Source of the DNA: Hydrurus foetidus
Taxonomy: Eukaryota
Length of the DNA: 36,506 nt
Reading direction: 5' to 3'
Assembly: GCA_900617105.1 (NCBI GenBank)
Contig: UYFQ01000027.1
Location: 62,001 to 98,506, forward strand
The notes beneath the pieces are model-generated. The model made no database searches. It saw nothing but the letters and a program-made list of their open reading frames with translations, and had not been told where the DNA came from. Positions 1 through 9,948 of the stretch are shown one piece after another. Numbering within the stretch: the first letter of the stretch is position 1; each line of letters begins with the position of its first letter. A program made the translations under genes and the position numbers.

Positions 1-59
1 GTAACGAGTTCTGTAGCGACGAAGCAATCATTTGAACCGCTCATGATTTTATTTTGAAG

Positions 60-1643
60 GATTTGGTGGGACTGTTCATGGAACGGATGTCGCAACCATC
101 TGTCGACAGGAAATCTGAGCTGTTAGTGATAGCGCGCCGTTCAAGGATTAAATGGATTAAAGACGCTGATGATTCTGTAACTGAAACCGGGAGCAGGAAA
201 CTGAAACTTTCTCCAGCTTTAGATAAAGCAAATCCTGTCCTCCCCTCAGCCTCTGCGAAAAAAGAAACTTCACACGATGCATTTCAGCGGGCATTTGATC
301 TTCTCACTAACATAATCGCTGATGGCGAAACAATTGATGTCGGGTCATTGCTTCCCACTGATAGCATGACTGATGACGAATATAATGAGGGGGGAATCAA
401 GTCGGCATCAACGACCACGGAGATGTCTCTTAGTGAATACACGTATCCACAATTTCTCCTCAACCTTTGCGCACGGAGCAATGTGGCAATCGTGAAAACC
501 ATGCAACAATTTGTATCCAATTTCGAATCTAAAATACGCACACGTTCAACTTCTCTAGACGAGAAAGTGAACCAAGTGGAGATGTCCCGAGGAGCAGACA
601 GCATATGGGCTTTCATAGACCGCATCGCCGCTGAGATAGCTGAGTCTTCGAAGACACTTTGGTCTGGCGATCATTCTGACTGGCGTGAGTTGACTAGGAT
701 CTACTGCGAGAAGTTCGTTTTCGGTAAAATATACTGCTCAACATTTCACAGTTCCTTCGAGGATTACTTTTTAAATGAAAAACTGTCGGAACGTATACAG
801 TCATTGTCGTTCTTGAGGCCGGAGCATCTCGATATTAAGACGTTTGGCGACGGCAGCTGTCACAATCCTAACTCAACGACACGGACATCTTCTGGGAATC
901 CATCTGTGGAGAACAAGTGGTGGTTGGAATATGTAGACGAAGCGGTCTCATCGATCCTACAACTGCAGTACGCATCATGTCCCCATGATAAATTGAATTG
1001 TATCAAGAGGATGTCATCTGCTGTTGAGAGATCACTGCGCAGCGCACACAACGAAACTGATGGTGATAATGACAGTGGAAGGGGAGTGATGATTCCTATC
1101 GGAGCTGATGACGTACTTCCCCTCCTCATCCTGTGCGTGAAGGAAAGCAACCCGCCTCATCTCCATTCAGAATTAAAGTACCTGCAGACGTACTTGGAAC
1201 CCTCTCAGTCATGTGGTGAAGCAGGGTACTTAGTCACGCAGATCGCATCAGCTGTCAACTTTCTAGAAACTGTCGATGCGACAGCACTCACAATATCCAC
1301 TGACGAGTTCAACAGATCACTAAGGAGGGTGCAAGGGAGTGAAGTGCCACTGAGAAGCACTGTTGCAGCACTGACCATCGGGAGCAGCGAGAGAAACAAT
1401 GTCCCTAAAGGTCTAGGATTGCGCACTCGTGAGTCAGAGATGGGACTGGGTGTCTCAGCAATGCAGAACACCTCTCACCGCCACTACCTTCCTGCAGATC
1501 ACAGTGCTGGAGGGTCGACTAGTCGCGCCCAACCTGCTGAGCGATCAGACTGCAAGCAAGCCTCCTCTACTCTTCTAGAGGTGTATCTGAGTAGGGGCAG
1601 AAAGCTGTCAGCTGTCCGTAGAATCGTGTCATCTTCATCCTGA
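60..1643 (+). CDS. VPS9-domain protein (Rab5-family guanine-nucleotide exchange factor); probably the last exon of a gene starting upstream of the window
   Basis: ORF 54..1643 contains VPS9 motifs CPHDKLNCI, IGADDVLPLLILCV..SNPPHLHSELKYLQTY and GEAGYLVTQIASAVNFL. The track start is TTG. Positions 1-59 look like an intron (GTAACG...TTTTATTTTGAAG), giving an in-frame exon start at 60; ATG at 78 is the alternative start. Confidence 0.9.
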   Translation, partial: DLVGLFMERMSQPSVDRKSELLVIARRSRIKWIKDADDSVTETGSRKLKLSPALDKANPVLPSASAKKETSHDAFQRAFDLLTNIIADGETIDVGSLLPTDSMTDDEYNEGGIKSASTTTEMSLSEYTYPQFLLNLCARSNVAIVKTMQQFVSNFESKIRTRSTSLDEKVNQVEMSRGADSIWAFIDRIAAEIAESSKTLWSGDHSDWRELTRIYCEKFVFGKIYCSTFHSSFEDYFLNEKLSERIQSLSFLRPEHLDIKTFGDGSCHNPNSTTRTSSGNPSVENKWWLEYVDEAVSSILQLQYASCPHDKLNCIKRMSSAVERSLRSAHNETDGDNDSGRGVMIPIGADDVLPLLILCVKESNPPHLHSELKYLQTYLEPSQSCGEAGYLVTQIASAVNFLETVDATALTISTDEFNRSLRRVQGSEVPLRSTVAALTIGSSERNNVPKGLGLRTRESEMGLGVSAMQNTSHRHYLPADHSAGGSTSRAQPAERSDCKQASSTLLEVYLSRGRKLSAVRRIVSSSS

Positions 1644-3135
1644 CACAGCCACCGATTGATTCACTTTCACTACTGTACAGCGAAACAAGCCCTGCCTCGG
1701 TTCGTAGCAAATTCGGCTACTCATCCTGACACTTTACTGCCGAAACAACCAGCAGCGCCGTCTTAAGAATGTTTCGACCGAGCAATCTCGAGAACATGTT
1801 ATCTAAACACTCCCATCCATCATGCGTCATGCGTCATGCGCCACTGATGTAGTGTATGACAAGACCGGATAGATGGTGACACTGTGTATGATTAGATTGG
1901 ATAGATGCCGCTGTCCTGCTCTGACCCAAATGGAAATACCACGATGCTGAAGATCGCATTATCACTAGCTTCGCTTTACCACCACGCACGTTGGTATCGA
2001 GTTAGACGTCATGGCGTTGCAGAGGTGAGGTGCGGTGCGACAGTATACAATCTCTGAGGAAGAGATGTTGATCCGATTTGTTTCGGATTGACCTGATCTC
2101 CTCATGACAGCTACTGGTATGCATGGACCTCCCTACTTGCCAGTGGACCGATGCGGGCAGAGAGACACTTGGCACCTTGTCACCTCTTGTAGCTCTAGTG
2201 ATCAGTAGACTGAAAGTAATGTCGTTGCTAAAATGTTCTTTTTTTAATTGATTACCTAAAAAGAAGATGTTGAATTCTTATCCAGTATTGACGTAGAGGG
2301 TGGGCTGTGCTGTATCGCATGTGATGCGGAACACGATGCACTCGGAGGAATGAGGGATAAGAAATAAGAAGACTGCTTGCTACGATACTTAATAACGAAG
2401 ATGCGATGGCGTACTTGTTGGATTGGTTGTGCGATCAAATAAGATGACTCTAAGTCTCTCGAGCGCGGAGAGGAGGGTTGAGAGACTTGTACGTACGGCA
2501 TCTCTCACAGGTAGCTAGTTACCGTCAGTTGAGAAGGAGTCTGAGTAAGTGTCGCACTGCATCGGGCTGTGCAGCGTTGAAGTGTTTCGTGGTAGTAGTG
2601 ACTGGAGTAGACTGATATGGTGAGCGAGTGACACGAATGAGCTGCTATCGTATGGAGCGGACAGAACCTAGCAGAGCAAAGGACGGGATGGACACGAGAC
2701 ATGACCATCTTGCGGATGCAAAGGGAGGGAAGTAGCTACACAGACAAAAAACGGAGTGATGGATAGACATCTGTTTGAAACGCATTCGCCCATATGTTGG
2801 GCGAGGTTTACGTGTCAGCCAAGATAGTGGTAAGGTTGTTTGCTGAAGTGCAAAGGACGACACGTGCCTGAGTGTGATGTGCACTCAGGGTAGGATGTGA
2901 GAAACGATAAGATAGAAGGGAAGGGAGGGCAGTGATTCGAGTTGGTTTTGTTGTATGAGGCTTGCTCAGATGGCTCACAGCTGTGGTGAGGTGGGATGAG
3001 ATGGGATGTAAGGGGATTTACCCCCGAGAAAATGTAAAGGCTCCGAACAGTCAAACATGCGGTCTGATGTAACGTCAGGAAATATTCGCTGAGAGAAGGA
3101 CCGCACCGCTGACCGCTTGGCAATGAAAGTAAGAA

Positions 3136-4257
3136 TCAACGCAGGACAGCTGGCTTTAACTTGAGATCTCTGAAAGCTGTAACGGTCAGCGGCTTTGAAA
3201 TGAAATCGTCAAACCCTGCGGCCATGACATCTGCCTTCATGCTCTCGCTGCTGTCAGAAGACATGGCGATAATTTTCAACTTGGAGCCGTGCGCCTCTCC
3301 TCTGTACTGATGCATCAAACTCTCGTGATTTCGGAATTCAAGCGATGCCTCTAGACCATTCATTTCAGGCATGTGGATGTCCATTATAACCGCATCATAC
3401 TCGTTGTTCTTCAAGGCCTCCAGGGCCTCCACACCGTCACTCTTGCAGTCCACGCTGTGGCCCTCTGCTCTGATGAGGCGAGACGCCACTTTAAGCACCA
3501 ACCCCGAGTCATCTACCACTAGGATGCGCAGATTGCCGATGAAACTACTAGTGCTGAGTGGACGAGTGAGAGACCCCATGAGACTGCCTCTTGAGCTGCT
3601 GTAGATCTCCACCAGCTCCACGTCTAGATGGTGTGTTGATTCTTCCTCTTCAGCTTCTGTGGTGTCGATGTGCGGTGCCAAAGTGACATGGATCTCGTAG
3701 TTCATGTTCAAGTATGTCATCTCCAGCTCGGCAACCCATTTGATCTCCGGAAACTCGCTTAGCACCCCTTGGTCTGGAGTCCTCGATGAAGCGAGGGCGT
3801 CTAACATGTAGGCGTGTTGCTGCAACTCCTCGGGTGTTGCGAACTTTGCTAGGCTAATGATGCTGCACGCTCGGACGTCAGTTAGGCCGGTTACCGTGAG
3901 GAATTGGGTAGTGCAGTCAGTAAAACAACCCGACTTGTCAGCAGTTGCGTGTAACATGTGCGGTTTAGAGTATTTGCTGCTCGTTGTCTCGCTATGAAGC
4001 ACTATACCAGGTCTATCAATGTCTGGTAACTCCATAGAGTCGTCGCTTGAACCCTCTAGAATATCACGTACGAACTCCTTATCAACCTGCAACTGGGTGA
4101 GAGAATCAGTACTGACACTGTGGGGGCTTGCAGTGAGGGATGTATCTTTGCTTGTTATTCTGCTTGCCCAGCCGCTTCCCTTGGTGACAGGGACAGCGAT
4201 ATCAGTGTTATGTGAAATAGAATCATTCAACGTTTGGAGTAATTTGCTGGATTCCAT
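3136..4257 (-). CDS. Response-regulator receiver (REC) domain protein with a central PAS-like segment, intronless, 373 aa
   Basis: C-terminal REC signature: ILVVDD, MDIHMPEMNGLEA (phospho-acceptor Asp), IIAMSS, GFDDFISKP. Middle segment HATADKSGCFTDCTTQFLTVTG...SIISL resembles a PAS N-terminal half (lower confidence). Confidence 0.88.
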   Translation of the reverse strand: MESSKLLQTLNDSISHNTDIAVPVTKGSGWASRITSKDTSLTASPHSVSTDSLTQLQVDKEFVRDILEGSSDDSMELPDIDRPGIVLHSETTSSKYSKPHMLHATADKSGCFTDCTTQFLTVTGLTDVRACSIISLAKFATPEELQQHAYMLDALASSRTPDQGVLSEFPEIKWVAELEMTYLNMNYEIHVTLAPHIDTTEAEEEESTHHLDVELVEIYSSSRGSLMGSLTRPLSTSSFIGNLRILVVDDSGLVLKVASRLIRAEGHSVDCKSDGVEALEALKNNEYDAVIMDIHMPEMNGLEASLEFRNHESLMHQYRGEAHGSKLKIIAMSSDSSESMKADVMAAGFDDFISKPLTVTAFRDLKLKPAVLR

Positions 4258-4941
4258 CGCTTATCGAGGGCGTTTTCAAGATTCAGTTCTCATTTATCGT
4301 CGAATGTCCGTGACATAAGATTGAAATAAGATGCGCTCCTCAGTTTCGAAAGAAAATTTTCTAGATATTCATTCCATCTGTGGTTGCCGCTGTAGCGAGT
4401 AGAGATGACACAGCGGCTACAAATCTTTGAAAATAGCGGGCGGATCTTCGAAGGAGCAGTGTTCGATACTGGATTCTGGTCGGCCCTGTGGCTGTATCCT
4501 GAAGGCTGTATATCATATGATATAGGCTGTAGTAGGCGACGCGATTTTGTGGAATTTGAAGTTCAAAGTGAAGTCAAGTCAAGCGTCAAAAATACCTATA
4601 ATTTTTGAAAAAATACCAATTTTTTGAAATAAATTCTAAATTCCACAAGTTCTTGGTTCTTACCATCATTTTTTAAATTAATCAATAGCTCATTCAATAT
4701 CGCGATTCAAGCAAAAGTTAGTAAGGCCACAATTCACCGTCACGTGATAACGCGATACGCGATAGTATCACGTGCAGATTATCACGTATACGAACTTTTC
4801 CACTTTTCACCATTTTTCGTGATAATCTGCACGTGATAATTCAAATATTCAAATTTTTAAGAATTTTTTACCCAAGATGACCGTTTCAAGCTATCTACCA
4901 GATGATAGCACATAGCTTTTTGAACCAAGAATCTTTGAAAG

Positions 4942-5475
4942 ATGATCTACTCAACCAAGTTCATTCTCGGTCAGTTTTCGGTGATGATGGCAATCATGAA
5001 AAGGATGGCGAAGAGGCGTTCTATCGCCAAGCTAAATCGCAGACCTCGGCGTACTCCACAAAACGTTCAACGTTTGAACGACATCAACTACCAATGCTCT
5101 CCGTGGGGTCAGCTATTAGTGCGCCCGGCACAATTTGATGGTGGACCATCGATTGACTCAAGAGACGGAAAACTATTCCGACGTCGATTTCGAGTTCCTT
5201 ACGGTGTTTTTTGCAATCTGGTACAAAAGTGCTTGGACAAAAATCTTTTCGGAGAAAATGCAAGTAGGGATAGGGATATCACTGGTCGAACTTTATGCCC
5301 AGTGGAAATCAAGCTTTTGTCCGTGCTTCGAATTTTGGGAAGAAATTGGAACTTCGACGACATTGCGGAGGCAACTTTCATGGGTGAATCCACAGCGAGG
5401 AGGGCTTTCATGGACTGGGGAAGGTGGTGTACGACTGGGCTGAATTGGACTGGGGAAGGCGGTATACGAGTTTAG
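4942..5475 (+). pseudogene. PIF/Harbinger transposase, N-terminal fragment only (HTH region; DDE catalytic domain missing)
   Basis: KLFRRRFRVPYGVFCNLV and CPVEIKLLSVLRILGRNWNFDDIAEATFMGESTARRAF match the N-terminal/HTH region of PIF-like transposases. Similarity stops at about 5410, where the ORF enters a 24-bp direct repeat and terminates. Confidence 0.85.
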
Positions 5476-6696
5476 ATGGCTTCATATGGCATCCCGTAGT
5501 CTTCTTCGTATTCAAAATTGTCATCACTCTCGGTTTGATCAGGGTGGTATCTTAGTGGAGGCACAATTGTGTAGTCATCATCCCGCGCATCCTGCTCAAC
5601 CTGTTTAGATGAAGAGGAAGAAGATGCAGCTAAAGCTGAAGCAGGAGTTGAGAAAGAGTCAACATTAGTGTTTCTTGAAGTTTTCAAAGATTTGCTGGCG
5701 GTTTCTAAGGAAACCTGTTCGACCTCTTCTACCGGGCGCTTCAAAAAATTATACAACTCTCGCATGTTTGCGGATCTTTCAGATTCCATAACATCTGGCA
5801 TTTGCTTCGATAGGTCAACTATGGCCGTCAATCTCTCTCTCTCAGTCGTCCATTTGACGTTGGATGCTATCTTCCGCTGCTCAAGTATGCTGCTCGATAT
5901 CATCTGCAGCTCCAGATCGGTCTCTGGAGTATTCGTAGTCTCAGTTTTGAGATTCGCAAGACGACGCTGGTTGCGGCCGCCTGTCGCAGCCATAGCTGAT
6001 CTCAAGGATTCAGATGATACCGCTGGCAGAACCTCTTTTGTTTTTGATGGGCCACTAGCAGGGGGTGGAGTTTTCAGCACTTGAAGGCATTTCGTCCTGT
6101 TTAAATGAACATTGGCTAAGGAGTTAGTTTCTCGCATATATAGATACGTGCGTTTCTCACAAATATCAACGCATGACCTTCCGGATGGGACGCCTACGTA
6201 GCGAAAGGATAGCCACTCTTTGATTTGCCAGCTAGGATCAAATGGACGCGGTTGATAGTCTACTTTCCTCTTTGCTGCTTGTTTTTTTTTCTTCCTCATT
6301 TCGCTGCCAAGCTGCCTCCTTACATACGGATAGTGCGTCACCAAGTTGAGTTCCCGAAGCATACGCGACAGGATCTTTCCATGCAGGATTTAGGACGTTT
6401 ATGATGAATGCCACAGCGTCCTTGGCTTTCCTCAACATTTGGACGCCAGAATCCTTCTCAACTTGGGCCATGATAGACTCAGCCGTGGCATCTTTGATTG
6501 GAATGTATTTGTAACTATCAAACAGCTCCTTGACCCAATCTGCTGCTCTCACTTTAATAGATTGCTCAATCTGGGCGGTGCTCTGCTTCGAACCGTTCGT
6601 AACTACATCGTTCCATGCCAGCAACAGTAGTAGTATGTAGGCTTCACCCAGTCCTCGAGTTGCCCTATTCATTCGAATTGATGCATCGTCTGCCAT
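5472..6696 (-). pseudogene. Harbinger accessory (Myb/SANT-like DNA-binding) ORF, split by a 1-nt frameshift in an A9 run
   Basis: ORFs 6238..6696 and 5472..6362 overlap. Removing one base from the T9 run at 6282-6290 joins NEEEKK to QAAKRKVDYQ and gives a 407-aa protein. N-terminal LLLAWNDVVTNGSKQ resembles the Myb-like motif of Harbinger ORF2 (inference); acidic C-terminus. Confidence 0.7.
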
Positions 6697-7849
6697 CTAT
6701 CTGAATAAATTGTATGGTTTCCAAGGTGGCAACGTAGTCCTATAATGTATCGCGTTTTGATAAAATCGAGGACGCGATAAATCTGTTTTTCGTGTTGAAT
6801 ATTGGAGGATCCGCGATACTATCACGTTGGAAATGTCATCGTGTGTCCGGCGAATCAACGTTTTACGTGATAATCTGCACGTGATACTATCGCGTATCGC
6901 GTTATCACGTGACGGTGAATTGTGGCCTAAGCCATTCGAATTGTAGTGGATTTTCTCAGCCAATTCAGTTTTTGAGGATCGCCGAGGGCCCCAAAGGGGT
7001 GGTAAGAACCAAGAAGTTTCACAACATCATGGAAATACAAAATACAAAATACAAAATACAGTGCCATCAACCCTTTGCCATTAACATCACAGCAGACCAA
7101 ATTCAGCAACCAAATAATGTAGCTCCTCACTCCTCGCATTGAGGGCATGTCGATTAAGTAAAATACCAACGGACACTTTTCAAAGTGATGGAAACTATTT
7201 GTGTCGTTCCAGCGCCATCATCCCTCTTTACCTCCGGAGGAGTCGAAGCAGCCGTGGTTATCAACTCAGTGCTCGTCATCTCCATGAGGCCTTACAAGGA
7301 GCGGTCCGAACGCGATCTCCGACGGCTATGGCGACGGCCAGCTTGGCAGTTTCAGATCGGTCTCATCATCATTGTGATATTCTTTTCGGTCTCAAGCGCC
7401 ATTCCACCAGGTCTCGAACGCCTATCACAGCATTAGAAGATTGCTTTCATAAGGAGGCAGTGGAAGGGCAGTTGCATGTAGGATTTTTCTAATGTACGAT
7501 CTTAAGATTTATACGCTGACAACGCTATTTTTTGTGGGGCTGCTCGTTTTGTTTTCAAAGTGCTTTATGATACTGCCGTCTACATCGACTACGGAATATT
7601 ATATTCACTTGTCTACCTGAAAATATGACAAAAATCCATTAAAACAATATTTGTTGCCGCTAGACCACGTTACGCTTTTGTGTTTTTATTATGGGTTCTT
7701 TCACCTTTCACCGTTCTTCAGCCACACGGAAGTACAACAAAAGAATCTGGCTGAGATTGAGGTCAGGATCAAATCTTCTGTCGATGGCGCTTGCCAACGA
7801 TTAATTATCGTCCATTGTTTTCCTACATTCTAATCATTACTAGAAATTG

Positions 7850-9585
7850 GTGGATGTTCCACCTTACTTTAGAAAAAGGTAGGATTTTACAGGGGCTAGT
7901 TTCTTGGCAAGTTTTTTGCACGTGGAATCACACGCACGTGTTGGTCTCGAGTCTCTCGAATCATTGAAATCGAATCGCATCATCGATTCAATCTCATCTC
8001 CTCTCTCGTCCGAGATATTCTGCAGCCTTTCCAATTGGGTCATCTTGGTGGCGCTTGACACGCCTAAGAAGAGGCGTCGGAGCTGAGGAATTCTTCCTTC
8101 TTCAGGATTTCTTGTGACTCGATCTTTCCATTCGTTTCCATGGTAATTGAAGCGTTGAATACTGATGATCTTTTGAACTGTGTGAATCGTTGTCACGAAC
8201 TAAATTCGTTCACTGGATCGATGTCTGCAGGATCGTACGAAAGTAAGTTCACTTTCGTCTCATGTCTAGAGGACCGGTCGTGTATTCCGATGTCCGGACG
8301 CCGCCCAATTTATCTATAGGCCTTTCAGCAGCTCTTCCGACTTTGCTACATCATTCCTCTTTCTGAATCTGACTCTCTTGAATATGTTATCGTAATAACC
8401 GTTTATAGGGATAACGCTGACATAATTGTTATACAGCATATGTTATATAGCATAAGACAGGAATATAACAAATTGAGAGAATTAAATCCAAGCACATAAT
8501 TGTCTGTAAATAAAAACATCAAAAATAAAAAGCATTTAAAACACACTAATTTTCATTTCCCACACAAAAAACTGAGCACATCTACTACTGGCGGGCTCGT
8601 AGAACCGCCCCTCCCCCCAATAATAAATAATGTATCTTAGGTCCTAGGTCTTCAGCTTATTCGTGGATGTTCCACCTTACTTTAGAAAAAGGTAGGATTT
8701 TGCAGGGGCTCGTTTATTCCTTGGCAAGTTTTTTGCACGTGGAATCACACGCACGTGTTGGTCTCGAGTCTCTCGAATCATTGAAACTAGGGGGTATACA
8801 AAGACCCCCTTGTGTAGAGCGTTTTTGCAAACCTGATTTTGACCACTTTTCGCAGACTGCTTGTCGTAAACGCACTCAAATTCACCGTTACTGCACGCTC
8901 CTCAATCCGGGCGTGGTGCGAAAAGTGCGAAATCGGGTTTGCAAAAACACTCTATTGAAATCGAATCGCATCATCGAAATCAAATCGAGTTGGTTTCGCC
9001 TTTACGGGACAAATACCAACATGTTTAATGCCTAAACCCTCAGAGTTTTATGAGGTCATCGACAGAGAAATACCAACTATATTTGTATAAATGGACCTAC
9101 CGATTGGATATTCCATATCACGGACAATCCCCAATATAATACCATTTGTTGCAATCACAACAGTTGACGACAAAAACAGTAAGAATTATCACAGATGGCA
9201 AATACCACTAGAACCAGCATACGCATCAACAACACACAACATGCAAGGTGCAACAGCAAAGTTTGGAGCTGTAATTGAACCGTCAGCGAAATAACCGTTC
9301 GCAAGATGTCTTGACTATGTCGCCACTTCGCGACCAACAGAATTAGCAAAACTAACTCTGCTTGCTCCACTAACAGTTAACCAATTTAGTGCTTCCCCTC
9401 AGGAAAGACACATCATAAGACAGGAATATAACAAATTGAGAGAATTAAATCCAAGCACATAATTGTCTGTAAATAACAACACAAAAATAAAAAGAATTAA
9501 AAACACACTAATTTTCATTTCCCACACAACATACTGAGCACATCCACCACTAGCGGGCTCGTAGAACCGCCCCCCCCCCAATAAT
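7850..9585. repeat. Degenerate tandem segmental duplication (two blocks each present twice)
   Basis: Block A (GTGGATGTTCCACCTTACTTTAGAAAAAGG...CGAATCGCATCATCGA) at about 7850-7986 and 8663-8977, the second copy interrupted by an insert. Block B (CATAAGACAGGAATATAACAAATTGAGAG...GCGGGCTCGTAGAACCGCCCC..CCAATAAT) at about 8451-8624 and 9414-9585. Confidence 0.9.
8787..8954. mobile_element. 168-bp MITE-like insertion with about 40-bp imperfect inverted repeats and a one-sided terminal hairpin
   Basis: Absent from the paralogous empty site near 7964-7970. Flanked by duplicated TTGAAA (8781-8786 / 8955-8960). IRs TAGAGCGTTTTTGCAAACC... (8815-8854) and ...GGTTTGCAAAAACACTCTA (8917-8954). Hairpin AGGGGGT-n8-ACCCCCT at 8789-8810. 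Confidence 0.85.
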
Positions 9586-9687
9586 TTCGTACTTTTTACC
9601 GTAATCCGGGATGTCCGGCTTACACCAACCACCACCCAGAATTGTCAGAACGAACAAGCCGGACTGGGCACTTGGCAAGTTCGAAGT

Positions 9688-9752
9688 CAACTCAACCCAA
9701 CTCAGCTCAGCTCGGCTCAGCTCAGCTCTACTCAACTCAACTCAACTCAACT
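9688..9752. repeat. Pentanucleotide microsatellite (CTCAA/CTCAG)n
   Basis: tcaactcaacccaactcagctcagctcggctcagctcagctctactcaactcaactcaactc. Confidence 0.9.
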
Positions 9753-9948
9753 CGAAGGTCGGTCGAGACAACTCGGACGTTCGTGAAAGGACATCTTTGT
9801 GGAAAGATCTGAAAAGGCTCTGGTCCTGCGAATTTTTTGGTCAACGGCAACAGAATTTCCCCCTTCTCGGTAATCTTGGAACGTCCTAATTGCATTGTTA
9901 TCTTCATGATGCCGTATTCTAGGAGTTAAAGAGATTGAGGTTGATGAG

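Larger units (their letters stand above)
4725..6927. mobile_element. PIF/Harbinger DNA transposon, internally deleted (non-autonomous), 2203 bp
   Basis: Perfect 64-bp TIRs 4725-4788 / 6864-6927 (GGCCACAATTCACCGTCACGTGATAACGCG...). TAA target-site duplication at 4722-4724 and 6928-6930. Two convergent ORFs inside (transposase fragment plus accessory protein), the usual PIF/Harbinger layout. Confidence 0.95.

Noticed and set aside
1700..3130. Short ORFs between the VPS9 and receiver genes
   Set aside because: No motifs or consistent splice chain; most likely 3' UTR and intergenic DNA of two convergent genes.
6097..6160. Possible 64-nt intron in Harbinger ORF2 (GTGAG...CTAAC...ACAG on the minus strand)
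   Set aside because: Splicing it creates an immediate TGA in the long frame, whereas the unspliced frame is open.
7139..7492. Coding-like GC-rich stretch right of the Harbinger element
   Set aside because: Minus-strand frames contain several stops and the plus-strand ORFs show no recognisable motif; no product can be supported.
8667..9035. 122-aa ORF spanning the MITE-like insert
   Set aside because: It is open only because the net insertion (174 bp) is a multiple of three; it consists of repeat sequence with no protein motif.
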